A stretch of 64,000 bases of DNA from an uncultured Ruminococcus sp. (lineage in GTDB: Bacteria > Bacillota > Clostridia > Oscillospirales > CAG-272): NCBI GenBank assembly GCA_902782445.1, contig CACZNC010000001.1:9939-73938 (forward strand), read 5' to 3'. A program made the position numbers and the translations under genes. Position 1 is the first letter of the stretch. The number at the start of each line of letters is the position of its first letter. Shown here piece by piece: positions 1 through 10,400 of the stretch. Under the pieces are notes generated by a model, which was given only the letters and a program-made list of their open reading frames with translations, did not search any database and had not been told where the DNA came from.

Positions 1-444
1 ACCATCGTGGCGTTCTGCTGCAACTGGTGCTCCTACGCGGGCGCGGACCTGTCGGGGACCAACCGGCTCCAGTACCCCGCCAACGTAAAGATCATCCGGG
101 TCCCCTGCTCCTGCCGGGTCAACCCCATGTTCATCCTCCGGGCTTTCGGGCGGGGAGCGGACGGGGTGATCCTCTGCGGGTGCCATCCCGGGGACTGCCA
201 TTATACGACCGGAAACTACTATACCAGACGGCGCATGACCCTGCTCTGCTCCATGCTCGACTACCTCGGCATCGAGCGGAAGCGGACCCGGGTGGAATGG
301 GTCTCCGCGGCGGAAGGTGCGAAATTCGCCAAGACCATGCGCAGCTTTGCCGAAGAGATCGCCGCCCTCGGTCCGAACCGCCGGCTGGAGGATCTCAGAG
401 TCAGAAAATCGGAACCGGAAGGGAGGGTGCCGGATGCGGAATAA
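1..444 (+). CDS. MvhD/FlpD-family Fe-S protein (methyl-viologen-reducing hydrogenase delta subunit-like); 5' end may run off the window
   Basis: Frame is open from nt 1. Translation IVAFCCNWCSYAGADLSG...GADGVILCGCHPGDCHY shows the conserved Cys pattern of the MvhD/FlpD domain. Stop at 442-444. Confidence 0.8.
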   Translation, partial: TIVAFCCNWCSYAGADLSGTNRLQYPANVKIIRVPCSCRVNPMFILRAFGRGADGVILCGCHPGDCHYTTGNYYTRRRMTLLCSMLDYLGIERKRTRVEWVSAAEGAKFAKTMRSFAEEIAALGPNRRLEDLRVRKSEPEGRVPDAE

Positions 445-1408
445 ACTCGTGGAACGCGCGAAAGAACTGCTCGCGGACGGCACGGTGACGCGGGTCATCG
501 GCTGGAAGCGCGGCGAATTCTCCTACGACGTCACCCCCGCCGTGTTCGAGACTGCGGAAGAACTCGAAAAAGACTTTGTGTACGACGGCTTCTGCGGCGC
601 GAACGTGTCGAAATATCTCATCCGGGAGAGCGCGAAGGAGGGGAAGATCCTAGCCTTCCTCAAGCCCTGCGACGCTTTCTCCTTCAATCAGCTCCTGGCC
701 GAGCACCGGATCCGGCGGGAAAACGTGTATGCGGTCGGGATCCCCTGCGAGGGCATGGCCGATATCGGGAAGATCCGCTCAGCCGGGATCGACGGCGTGA
801 CCGGCATCCGGGAAGAGGGGGAGGAATTCGTCCTTTCCACTCTCTACGGCGAAGAGCGCATTGCCAAAAAGGACGCGCTGGCGGAACGCTGCCTCGTCTG
901 CAAGTCGAAACGCCATCCGGTTTACGACGAGCTGATCGGAGAAGAGGGGGAAGACCTGCCGGACGACGCCCGGTTCGAGGCGGTCGATAAGCTCGAAAAG
1001 ATGACGGCGGAGGAACGGTTTCAGTTCTGGCGCGGCGAACTGTCCCGGTGCATCCGGTGCAACGCCTGCCGCAACGTCTGTCCCGCCTGCACCTGCGAGA
1101 ACTGCGTGTTCGACAACCCCGACTCCGGGCTTTCGCAGAAGGCCGCGGCGGATCCCTTCGAGGAGAGCATGTATCACATCATCCGGGCCTTCCACGTGGC
1201 GGGCCGGTGCACTGATTGCGGCGAATGCTCCCGGGTCTGCCCCGAAAACATCCCGCTGCATCTTTTGAACCGGAAATTCATCAAAGACATCGACGAACTG
1301 TACGGCGCGTACCGGGCGGGGGAGAACGCGGAGAATAAAAATCCCCTCGTCTCCTTCCGCGAGGAGGACGCCGAACCCTCCGTCGTGCACGAAAGGGGGC
1401 GCGCCTGA
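434..1408 (+). CDS. 4Fe-4S dicluster electron-transfer protein (polyferredoxin-like)
   Basis: ATG 434 overlaps the upstream stop (translational coupling). Cluster motifs CIRCNACRNVCPAC and CTDCGECSRVCP. The longer ORF start at 317 lies inside the upstream gene. Confidence 0.65.
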   Translation: MRNKLVERAKELLADGTVTRVIGWKRGEFSYDVTPAVFETAEELEKDFVYDGFCGANVSKYLIRESAKEGKILAFLKPCDAFSFNQLLAEHRIRRENVYAVGIPCEGMADIGKIRSAGIDGVTGIREEGEEFVLSTLYGEERIAKKDALAERCLVCKSKRHPVYDELIGEEGEDLPDDARFEAVDKLEKMTAEERFQFWRGELSRCIRCNACRNVCPACTCENCVFDNPDSGLSQKAAADPFEESMYHIIRAFHVAGRCTDCGECSRVCPENIPLHLLNRKFIKDIDELYGAYRAGENAENKNPLVSFREEDAEPSVVHERGRA

Positions 1409-2439
1409 TGCTGTATCTGAAAGCCGAAAAGCTGGACGCTTTTCTCGCCCGCGCCGCCGAAACGAGAAAGCTCTATGTCCCCGTGGACAGCGAGCCCGGC
1501 CGTTCCTCCTACCGGGAATGGACCCCCGGGACCGCCGTCTCCCGCGGACTGCACACCACCCGGAGCGCAAAGGATTTCTTCTTCCCGCAGACCGAGAACC
1601 TCGCCGGGTTCCGTGTGGAGGATAAAAAGATCCGCGTGATCGACCCGAGGGCCGAGACCGAGGACTTCGCCGTCTTCGGAGTCCGGGCCTGCGACGCGCG
1701 CTCCTTCGGGATCCTCGACAAGGTCTTTCTGGCGGATCCCGTTGACACCTATTACGAAAACCGCCGCAGACACGGGCTGATCCTCTCCATGTCCTGCCGC
1801 CGTCCCGCCGAAACCTGCTTCTGCAAGAACTTCGGGATTGACGCCGCGGAGCCGGAGGGGGACGTCCGCTTCACCGACGACGGGGACGGCTGGTATCTCG
1901 AAGCCCTCACCGAAGCCGGGAAAGCCTTCCTCGATCCCCTCGCCGATCTCTGCGAAGACCGGGATCCCGCGGGGGCGGAGGCGGCGAAGGAGAAGACCCG
2001 GGAGATCGTGGACCGCCTGCCTCTGAACGATCTGCCCGTCGGTAAATTCGGAGGCGGGAAGACAAAGGAGCTCTTCGACAGACCCGAATGGGCGGAGCTC
2101 TCCGAAGCCTGCATCGGATGCGGGACCTGCACCTTCGTCTGCCCGACCTGCCAGTGCTACGATATCCGGGACTTCGACACCGGGCGGGAGATCCGGCGGT
2201 TCCGCTGCTGGGACTCCTGCATGTATTCCGATTTCACGAAAATGGCTGGGGGCAATCCCCGCCTGACCCAGAAGGAGCGGTTCCGCCAGCGGTTCATGCA
2301 CAAGCTGGTCTACTTCCCGGAGAACAACGGCGGGGAGTTCGGGTGCGTGGGCTGCGGCCGGTGTCTCGCCTCCTGTCCGATCCATATGCACATCGTCAAA
2401 GTCATGAAACGTCTCGGGGAGGATGAAAATGAACAGTGA
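1408..2439 (+). CDS. 4Fe-4S dicluster protein, AsrA / sulfhydrogenase-beta-like
   Basis: TGATG stop-start overlap. Motifs CIGCGTCTFVCPTCQC and CVGCGRCLASCP. Length is as in AsrA-like subunits. Confidence 0.65.
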   Translation: MLYLKAEKLDAFLARAAETRKLYVPVDSEPGRSSYREWTPGTAVSRGLHTTRSAKDFFFPQTENLAGFRVEDKKIRVIDPRAETEDFAVFGVRACDARSFGILDKVFLADPVDTYYENRRRHGLILSMSCRRPAETCFCKNFGIDAAEPEGDVRFTDDGDGWYLEALTEAGKAFLDPLADLCEDRDPAGAEAAKEKTREIVDRLPLNDLPVGKFGGGKTKELFDRPEWAELSEACIGCGTCTFVCPTCQCYDIRDFDTGREIRRFRCWDSCMYSDFTKMAGGNPRLTQKERFRQRFMHKLVYFPENNGGEFGCVGCGRCLASCPIHMHIVKVMKRLGEDENEQ

Positions 2440-3256
2440 AACCCTGATTCCCCACGCCGTCGTGGTGGACGAAGTCCGGGCAGACACGCCGGACGTCAAG
2501 ACCTTCCGCATCCTGACCCGGGAGGGCGGCAAACCCTTTGACCACATCCCCGGCCAGTGCGCGATGATCTCCGTCCCCGGTGTCGGAGAGGGCATGTTTT
2601 CGATCACGTCCAGCCCCACCGACGAGGCGTACATGGAGTTTTCCATCAAGAAATGCGGGCACCTCACGAACTGGCTTCACGCGCTGGAGCCCGGCATGGA
2701 GGTCACGGTCCGCGGTCCCTACGGTAGGCCCTTCCCGGTGGAGGACGAACTGCGGGGCAAGGATCTGCTCTTTATCGCGGGCGGCATCGGACTCGCTCCC
2801 CTTCGCTCTGTGATCCGCTATGTCCGGGACCGGAGAGAGAACTACGGGGACGTGCAGATCGTCTACGGCGCGCGCTCGAAGGAGGATCTGGTAGACTACG
2901 AAGAGATCCTTACGGAATGGATGTCGGCGCCGGGATTCACCGTGAACCTCACCATCGACCGGGCCGAGGAGGGCTGGGACGGCCACGTCGGGTTCGTGCC
3001 GAACTATGTGACGGAGCTGAATCCCGACCTCGCTAAGACCGTTCTGGTCTGCGGCCCGCCGATCATGATCAAATTCACCGTGAAGGGCCTGAGCGACCTC
3101 GGATTCAAACCCGAGCAGATCTACACGACGATGGAGCTGAGGATGAAGTGCGGCGTCGGCAAATGCGGGCGGTGCAACATCGGATCGAAATACGTCTGCA
3201 AGGACGGCCCCGTCTTCCGCTTTGACGAGCTCGGCGAACTGCCGGACGAATACTGA
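2423..3256 (+). CDS. FAD/NAD(P)-binding oxidoreductase with C-terminal 2Fe-2S site (AsrB/HydG/PyrK-like)
   Basis: Ferredoxin-reductase-type layout, NAD-binding loop FIAGGIGLAPLRS, C-terminal CGVGKCGRCNIG..C cluster. Overlaps the upstream gene by 17 nt. Confidence 0.75.
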   Translation: MKMNSETLIPHAVVVDEVRADTPDVKTFRILTREGGKPFDHIPGQCAMISVPGVGEGMFSITSSPTDEAYMEFSIKKCGHLTNWLHALEPGMEVTVRGPYGRPFPVEDELRGKDLLFIAGGIGLAPLRSVIRYVRDRRENYGDVQIVYGARSKEDLVDYEEILTEWMSAPGFTVNLTIDRAEEGWDGHVGFVPNYVTELNPDLAKTVLVCGPPIMIKFTVKGLSDLGFKPEQIYTTMELRMKCGVGKCGRCNIGSKYVCKDGPVFRFDELGELPDEY

Positions 3257-3267
3257 TTGGAGATACT

Positions 3268-3942
3268 ATGGAAAACTTTGTCGACGTTTTCCTTTTCGGA
3301 AAATGCTATTCCGTGCCCGAAAACCTGACGATCATGGGCGCGATGGAGTACGCGGGCTATCAGCTCGTCCGGGGATGCGGCTGCCGGAACGGATTCTGCG
3401 GAGCCTGCGCCACGATCTACCGGATCCGCGGCGACCGGGAACTCAAGGTCTGCCTTGCCTGCCAGACGAAGGTGGAGAACAATATGTACGTGGCGACCCT
3501 GCCGTTCTTCCCCCTCATCAAGGAGGTCTACGACATCGAGAAGGTCTCCCCCACCGAGGCCGTGATGATGCAGCTCTACCCGGAGATCTACGCCTGCGTG
3601 GGATGCAACGCCTGCACCAAATCCTGCACCCAGGGGCTGAACGTGATGCAGTACATCGCCTACGCCCAGCGCGGGGATTTTGAGAAGTGCGCGGAGGAAT
3701 CCTTCGACTGCGTGATGTGCGGCGTCTGCTCGTCCCGCTGTCCCGCCGGGATCTCCCATCCCCAGGTCGCGCTTCTCGCCCGCCGTCTGAACGGGAAATA
3801 CCTCGCCCCCGAATCCGCCCACCTGAAAGAACGGGTGAAGGAGATCCGGGACGGCAAATTCGAAGAGCTTCTCTCGGACCTCATGGGCAAACCCGTCGAG
3901 GAACTGAAAGAGCTCTACAACAACCGCGAAATCGAACAGTAA
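3268..3942 (+). CDS. SdhB/FrdB-like iron-sulfur subunit (2Fe-2S plus two 4Fe-4S motifs)
   Basis: N-terminal CRNGFCGAC...C pattern, then CVGCNACTKSC and CVMCGVCSSRCP. Confidence 0.65.
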   Translation: MENFVDVFLFGKCYSVPENLTIMGAMEYAGYQLVRGCGCRNGFCGACATIYRIRGDRELKVCLACQTKVENNMYVATLPFFPLIKEVYDIEKVSPTEAVMMQLYPEIYACVGCNACTKSCTQGLNVMQYIAYAQRGDFEKCAEESFDCVMCGVCSSRCPAGISHPQVALLARRLNGKYLAPESAHLKERVKEIRDGKFEELLSDLMGKPVEELKELYNNREIEQ

Positions 3943-3957
3943 GGGAGGCTTTCTCTG

Positions 3958-5577
3958 ATGTATACAGGCGAACTTCTCGCGTCCGCGAAAAAGGTGGAAG
4001 CCGCCCGCGATGCGAATCTGGCTCTGGAACCGGCCCGCATGACCGCGGAGGAAAAGGACAGTCTGCTCGAAACCTGGCACCCGGACTACAAGACCTCCGA
4101 ATTCGAAGAACTGAGGATCGGCGTGAACCGGGGAGACAAGGTCCCCCATGAACTGGCCGCGCTCCTCGAGGGCTGTCCGCGGATCGGAGCCCCGGACGTC
4201 GACCTCTCGAAGATCGACTACGACACGGACGTTCTCATCATCGGCGGGGGCGGCGCCGGATCCTCCGCGGCCATCGAGGCGGACAAAAACGGCGCGCGCT
4301 GCATGATCGTCACCAAACTGCGGATCGGCGACGCGAACACCATGATGGCGGAGGGCGGCATCCAGGCGGCGGACAAACCGAACGACAGCCCCGCGATCCA
4401 TTATCTCGACGCGTTCGGAGGCGGTCACTTCGCCGCGAAGCCGGAACTGCTCTATAAGCTCGTGAACGAAGCGCCCGAGGCAATCGAATGGCTGAACGGC
4501 CTCGGCGTGGAATTCGACAAGGCTCCCGACGGCACGATGATCACGACCCACGGCGGCGGGACCTCCCGGAAACGGATGCACGCTGCCCGGGACTACACCG
4601 GAGCCGAGATCATGCGCACCCTGCGGGACGAAGTGCTGAACCGGGGGATCCCCGTGATCGACTACACCGCCGCGGTGGAACTGATCCTCGACGAGGACGG
4701 GAAATGCGCCGGTGCCGTGCTCATGAACATGGAGACGCGGGAGCTGAAAATCGCCCGGGCGAAGACCGTGATCCTTGCGACGGGCGGCGCGGGACGGCTC
4801 CACTATCAGGGCTTCCCGACCTCGAACCACTACGGCGCCACGGCGGACGGCCTGATCCTCGGCTACCGGGTCGGGGCGAAGCTGCTCTATGCCGACACGC
4901 TCCAGTATCATCCCACAGGCGCGGCCTATCCCGATCAGATCTTCGGCGCGCTCGTCACCGAGAAGGTCCGTTCCCTCGGCGCGAAGCTGGTGAACGCGGA
5001 GGGCGAGGTCTTCATGCACCCGCTGGAGACCCGGGACGTCTGCGCCGCGTCGATCATCCGGGAATGCGCGGGCCGCGGCAAGGGTGTCAAAACCCCGGAC
5101 GGCTCGGGCGTATGGCTCGACACGCCCATGATCGAAAAGAAGGGCGGGGAAGGCACGATTCTCGCCCGGATCCCCGCCATGTACCGGATGTTCGCCAAAT
5201 ACGGCATCGACATCCGGACGGAACCGATCCTCGTCTATCCGACCCTGCACTATCAGAACGGCGGGCTGGACATCACCCCGGACGGCATGACCTGCGTGGA
5301 AAACCTCTATGCGGCCGGCGAGGTCGTCGGAGGCATCCACGGGCGCAACCGTCTGATGGGCAATTCTTTGCTGGACGTGATCGTCTTCGGGCGGAACGCG
5401 GGGCGGGAGGCGTCCGAAAAGTCGAAATCCGTGACGACAGGCGCCCTGACCCTCGGCCACATCGACGCCTTCAACCGGGAGCGGGCGGAGGCAGGACTCG
5501 ATTCCGGCACGGTCTCCCCGAAGCTCCTGCCCACCTACACCCACGGCAATCCCGATTTTCACAAAATGCCGTTCTGA
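3958..5577 (+). CDS. FAD-dependent flavoprotein of the fumarate reductase/succinate dehydrogenase/AprA superfamily
   Basis: Dinucleotide fold VLIIGGGGAGSSAA. C-terminal FAD motif YAAGEVVGGIHGRNRLMGNSLLD. 539 aa. Confidence 0.8.
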   Translation: MYTGELLASAKKVEAARDANLALEPARMTAEEKDSLLETWHPDYKTSEFEELRIGVNRGDKVPHELAALLEGCPRIGAPDVDLSKIDYDTDVLIIGGGGAGSSAAIEADKNGARCMIVTKLRIGDANTMMAEGGIQAADKPNDSPAIHYLDAFGGGHFAAKPELLYKLVNEAPEAIEWLNGLGVEFDKAPDGTMITTHGGGTSRKRMHAARDYTGAEIMRTLRDEVLNRGIPVIDYTAAVELILDEDGKCAGAVLMNMETRELKIARAKTVILATGGAGRLHYQGFPTSNHYGATADGLILGYRVGAKLLYADTLQYHPTGAAYPDQIFGALVTEKVRSLGAKLVNAEGEVFMHPLETRDVCAASIIRECAGRGKGVKTPDGSGVWLDTPMIEKKGGEGTILARIPAMYRMFAKYGIDIRTEPILVYPTLHYQNGGLDITPDGMTCVENLYAAGEVVGGIHGRNRLMGNSLLDVIVFGRNAGREASEKSKSVTTGALTLGHIDAFNRERAEAGLDSGTVSPKLLPTYTHGNPDFHKMPF

Positions 5578-5611
5578 GCGGCGCGGGACCGACTGAAACA
5601 GGGAGGACGCC

Positions 5612-5761
5612 ATGATGATTCCATACTGCCCGGCCGTTGCGCTTTCTCCCGCGACGGGGGATCCGGTGGTCACCATCCTCGCCGTGCTGGGGATTTCCGC
5701 CGTCGCGATGGTCGTTCTGACCGTCCTCTCGAAGCGCAGGGGCGGCGGACGCAGAAGATAA
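5612..5761 (+). CDS. Small (49 aa) single-pass membrane peptide, hypothetical
   Basis: Read by hand (below the ORF-track cutoff). GGGAGGA RBS at 5601-5607. Hydrophobic stretch VVTILAVLGISAVAMVVLTVL followed by KRRGGGRRR. The terminator follows. Confidence 0.3.
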   Translation: MMIPYCPAVALSPATGDPVVTILAVLGISAVAMVVLTVLSKRRGGGRRR

Positions 5762-5778
5762 TCCGAAAACCAAAAAAG

Positions 5779-5825
5779 AACGCCGTTTCCCGGGAGTTCA
5801 GGTCCCGAAGAAGCGGCGTTTTTTC
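5779..5825. terminator. Rho-independent terminator hairpin between convergent genes
   Basis: 11-bp stem AACGCCGTTTC/GAAGCGGCGTT (one G-U), T-run 5821-5825, A-run upstream (usable on both strands). Confidence 0.6.
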
Positions 5826-5847
5826 CTGTTCCGGATCCGGCGCGGCG

Positions 5848-7212
5848 TTACGGAATCAGGTTTCCGGATCGGATATCGACCTTGATCGTCGAATCCGTCG
5901 AGGTCTGCTTGTCCGCCGAGAGGATCTTCCCCCTGACGACGAGAACCGCGGGATCCTCACCGAAGCTCAGGCTGTCGACGGTTTGAAGGACTGTGAAGAC
6001 GGAGGAGGTCAGCTCCTTCGTACCGCCGTCCCTGTACACGGCCATGAGCAGATTTTTATTTCCCTGGGACGTCCCGGACTGATAACCGCAGGTGATATAG
6101 CAGAGGCTGTTCTCCGCCGACAGTGTCTCGTGATAGAAGAGAATACTGTCTTTCACAGACTGGTAGACTTCCTGAGGGGAGGCGTCGGGGGCGAGGATGA
6201 TCCCTCCGACCTCTTCCGACGTGGAGATCGAAACCGTGATCTCGTTCCCGGGCTTGACGTCGAATATCTTGTCGAAGAGGAAGGTGAACTCCGTGAGTCC
6301 GTCCCTCTCCGCCCGCCAGAGATCCCCGGTCACGGGAATGCCGTCCAGCGTCACCCGGAGGACCGCCGCTACCGCTTCCCTCACTTCGGGGGAATTCGTG
6401 TAGTCGACGGTTTCCGCAGTCGTCGGGACGGGAAGAGCGAGGAGGGTTTCCAGAATGATCCGGTGCAGGGGCCTGTCCGAATACGGGGTGGGAGGGAACG
6501 CGAGGGTGACGGTCGTGACGTTTCCGGTTTTGACGCGCAGTTCGAGATCGAGGCGCATGTCGGACTTGTCCCTGCTCACAAACCCGGACCAGGAGTCGCC
6601 GTCCTCCCCGACCCGGACCGTGGTCGTCATGGTGTCCGCCGTCTCGCGATGGCTGACCGTCCAATCCTTGACCGCCGGTTTTTCCTCCGCGTGTCCGCCC
6701 GCGAAGACCTTGTAGGGCTCCGTGATATACATGGAACGCCGCGCCTCGTTGTCGTACAGGACCTGCCCGTACCGCTCCAGCTCGCGGAAGACGATCACGG
6801 TCTCCCCGTCGATGTTCCAGCTGTCCACCTTGTCCCCGGCCACAGTCGTGACGATATCCGTCGCGAGGATGTTCTTCGCGGGCGTTCCGATCTTTCCGGC
6901 GGGGACATTCGGCTTGTAGTCCGGATAGGAGGAGGGCGTGAGGGGCTCGCCGTTTTCGACGGGACGAACGACCTCGAGCCAGCGTTCCTCCGCGTGCCAG
7001 ATCGCGTGGAAGCCGTAGGCCCGCAGATCCTCCGCCACGACGACGGTGCGGTTGTCCACATTGTAGGACCTAAGCGGATGCCCGTCGATCTCGGCGACGA
7101 TATCCGTGTAGAGGGTGTGGTTCACGACAGTCCCGATCGGAACGGCCGCCGCGGACAGGCAGAACGCGGACAGCAGAAGGACCGCCGCTGCCAGAGATAC
7201 GATTTTCTTCAT
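5848..7212 (-). CDS. Secreted protein of unknown function with duplicated N-terminal module
   Basis: Signal peptide MKKIVSLAAAVLLLSAFCLSAAA. Two similar segments (YTDIVAEIDGHPLRSYNVDNRTVVVAEDL / ATDIVTTVAGDKVDSWNIDGETVIVFREL). Confidence 0.7.
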   Translation of the reverse strand: MKKIVSLAAAVLLLSAFCLSAAAVPIGTVVNHTLYTDIVAEIDGHPLRSYNVDNRTVVVAEDLRAYGFHAIWHAEERWLEVVRPVENGEPLTPSSYPDYKPNVPAGKIGTPAKNILATDIVTTVAGDKVDSWNIDGETVIVFRELERYGQVLYDNEARRSMYITEPYKVFAGGHAEEKPAVKDWTVSHRETADTMTTTVRVGEDGDSWSGFVSRDKSDMRLDLELRVKTGNVTTVTLAFPPTPYSDRPLHRIILETLLALPVPTTAETVDYTNSPEVREAVAAVLRVTLDGIPVTGDLWRAERDGLTEFTFLFDKIFDVKPGNEITVSISTSEEVGGIILAPDASPQEVYQSVKDSILFYHETLSAENSLCYITCGYQSGTSQGNKNLLMAVYRDGGTKELTSSVFTVLQTVDSLSFGEDPAVLVVRGKILSADKQTSTDSTIKVDIRSGNLIP

Positions 7213-7378
7213 AAATTGATGCCTCCTTGATTGGATCGGATCGATTTCTGTATGTTAGACGTTCGGAAAAGCCGATTTGTTCCCGGATTTCACAGTTTTT
7301 TTGATTCTGTTCAGAGAATCTCTCCGATATTCTGGAAGCGGAGCCCACAAAGCTCTTTGAGAACAGATGAACAAAGCG

Positions 7379-7424
7379 CAAAAAAGACTGGCGGATCCCC
7401 CGGAAAAGGAGAGTCCGTCAGTCT
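7379..7424 (-). terminator. Terminator after purL
   Basis: On the minus strand, AGACUGACGGA...UCCGCCAGUCU stem (one mismatch) followed by a U-run, 15 nt after the purL stop. Confidence 0.55.
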
Positions 7425-7438
7425 TGTCGTTTGCACGC

Positions 7439-10400
7439 TTATCTGAAATATTCCGCCGCGGAGGCGAAGAGTTTCATGTCGTAGTTCCCGGGGACGTTGA
7501 CGTACAGCCCGTCGTTCCAGCGTTCGGTGTGGCCCATTTTGCCGAGCACGCGCCCGTCGGGAGAGGTGATGCCCTCCACCGCGAGCATGGATCCGTTCGG
7601 GTTGAAGTCGATCTCCATCGTCGCACGGCCGTCGAGATCCGCGTACTGGGTGGCGATCTGACCGTTTTCGACCAGACGCTTCAGCATGTCATCGGACGCG
7701 ATGAACCGTCCTTCGCCGTGGGAGATCGGGACCCGGTAGACCTCGCCGACTTCGCAGCCCGCAAGCCACGGGGACTTGTTGGACGAGACGCGGGTGAGCA
7801 CGATCCGGGATTGGTGCCGTCCGATGGTGTTGAAGGTCAGGGTCGGGCAGGTCTCGTCCGTGTCGACGATTTCGCCGAAGGGAACGAGCCCCAGCTTGAT
7901 GAGGGCCTGGAACCCGTTGCAGATCCCGCACATCAGGCCGCCCCGGGTCTTGAGCAGTTCGTTCGTGCCTTCCTTCACAGCGCCTGAGCGGAAGAAGGCT
8001 GTGATGAACTTTCCGCTGCCGTCCGGTTCGTCGCCGCCGGAGAATCCGCCGGGGATGAAGATCGCCTGGGCCTGTTTCAGCTCCCGCGCGAAGGCTTCCA
8101 CCGACTCCGCCACCGCAGACGCCGTGAGGTTCCGGAGCACCATAATCTTCGCGTCGAATCCCGCGGCGGAGAGGGCCTTTGACGTGTCGTACTCGCAGTT
8201 GGTGCCGGGGAACACCGGGATCAGCACCCTCGGTCTCACGTACCGTTCGGGGGAGTGGATCCGCGGGGAGGGTTTCGCCGTCACGGTTTCGACGGTTTCG
8301 CCGGTTTCGGACTGCGGATGGACGGGATAGACGCTCTCGAGCACGGAATCGTAGGCTTTTTCGAGGCAGGAGAGGCAGATCCGTTTCCCGCCCGCCGTGA
8401 TCGCGTAGTCTTCGACGGTCTCGCCGAGGATCGTTTCGAAGCCCGCCCCGTCCTCGCCGTCCGCCAGTTCCAGAATGAAGGAGCCGTAGGAATAGCCGAA
8501 GAGGGTTTCAGGGTCGGCGGTTTCGGAGAGGCAGACGCCGACGCGGTTTCCGAGAGCCATCTTGAACAGCCCTTCCGCGACGCCGCCGTAGGAGGGAGTC
8601 CAGGCGGAGAGGATCTTCCCGGCTTCGATCCCCGCCCGCACTTTCCGGTACAGGGAGACGAGGGAGGAGGCGGAGGGCAGTCCGGTTTCCGCGGTCTCCG
8701 GGGAGAGCAGGGCGATCTTGTGACCCGCTGCCTTGAACTCGGGGGAGATCACAAAGGAGGCGGGATCCGTCGTCACCGCGAAGGAGACGAGGGTCGGGGG
8801 GACGTCGAGCTTTTCGAAGGATCCGCTCATGGAGTCCTTGCCGCCGATGGACGCGACGCCGAGATCCATCTGAGCCTCGAACGCGCCGAGCAGGGCGGAG
8901 AGCGGCTTGCCCCAGCGGGCGGGATCCCGGAGAGGCTTTTCGAAATACTCCTGGAAGGTCAGATACACGTCGTCGAAGGACGCGCCGGAAGCGATGAGCC
9001 GGGAGACGGACTCCACTACCGCGAGATAGGAGGCGTGGTAGGGGCTCTTCTCCGCGATCATGGGATTGTAGCCCCATGCCATGAAGGACGCGGTGGAGGC
9101 GTTCCGGTCGGAGACGGAGATCTTGTGGGCCATCGCCTGGGCCGGGGTGGTCTCGTACTTCCCGCCGAAGGGCATGAGCACCGTGCCCGCGCCGATGGTG
9201 GAATCAAACCGTTCCGACAGCCCGCGCTGGGAGCAGACGTTGAGGTCGCTCACAAGGGCTTCGAAGCCGGATCCCATGTCCTCCGGGATCGCCTTTTCCC
9301 AGGGAAGCGGAGCGGCGGGAGCGACGTCGATGTGCTTTTCCGCGCCGTTGGAGGACAGGAATTCGCGGGAGAGGTCGACGATGGTCTTTCCCCTCCAGGT
9401 CATGGTCAGGCGGGGAGCCTCGGTGACGGACGCGACAACGGTGGCTTCGAGGTTTTCCTCGTCGGCGAGACGGCAGAAATGCTCCGCGTCCTCCGCCGCC
9501 ACGACCACCGCCATGCGCTCCTGGGATTCGCTGATCGCCAGTTCGGTCCCGTCGAGGCCGTCGTATTTCTTCGGCACCTTGTCGAGGTCGATCGCAAGGC
9601 CATCCGCAAGTTCGCCGATGGCCACGGACACGCCGCCCGCGCCGAAGTCGTTGCACCGCTTGATGAGCAGGGAGGCTTCGGGATTGCGGAACAGCCGCTG
9701 GAGCTTTCTTTCCTCCGGGGCGTTGCCCTTCTGGACTTCCGCGCCGCAGGTCTCGAGGGAATGGAGGGTGTGGGATTTGGAGGAGCCCGTCGCCCCGCCG
9801 CAGCCGTCCCGTCCTGTCCTTCCGCCGAGCAGGATCACGAGATCTCCCGGCACGGGGCGTTCCCGCCGCACGGTGTTCTCGGGAGCCGCCGCGATCACCG
9901 CTCCGATCTCCATGCGCTTGGCGACATAGCCCGGATGGTAGAGCTCGCTGACCTGACCCGTCGCGAGACCGATCTGGTTGCCGTAGGAGGAATACCCCGC
10001 GGCGGCCGTGGTGACGAGCTTCTTCTGGGGCAGTTTGCCTTCAAGGGTCGTCTCGGCGGGCAGGGTCGGATCCCCGGCTCCCGTGACGCGCATCGCGGCG
10101 TAGACATAGCTCCGGCCGGACAGCGGATCCCGGATGGCCCCTCCGATGCAGGTGGCCGCGCCGCCGAAGGGTTCGATCTCCGTCGGGTGGTTGTGGGTCT
10201 CGTTCTTGAAGAGCAGGAGCCATTTTTCGGTTTTCCCCCCGATCTCCACGTCGATCTTCACCGTGCAGGCGTTGATCTCCTCGGATTCGTCGAGCTTCGG
10301 GAGTTTCCCGGCCGCTTTCATGGCCCGCACGGCGGCGGTGGCGAGGTCCATCAGATTGACGGGCTTCTTCCCGCGTCCGACGGATTCCCGCGTCTTGAGA

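Noticed and set aside
3121-5676. 851-aa minus-strand ORF covering the SdhB-like and flavoprotein genes
   Set aside because: It is an antisense shadow ORF typical of high-GC DNA. It has an R/G/P/A/V-rich composition without motifs, and the plus-strand genes carry clear cofactor motifs.
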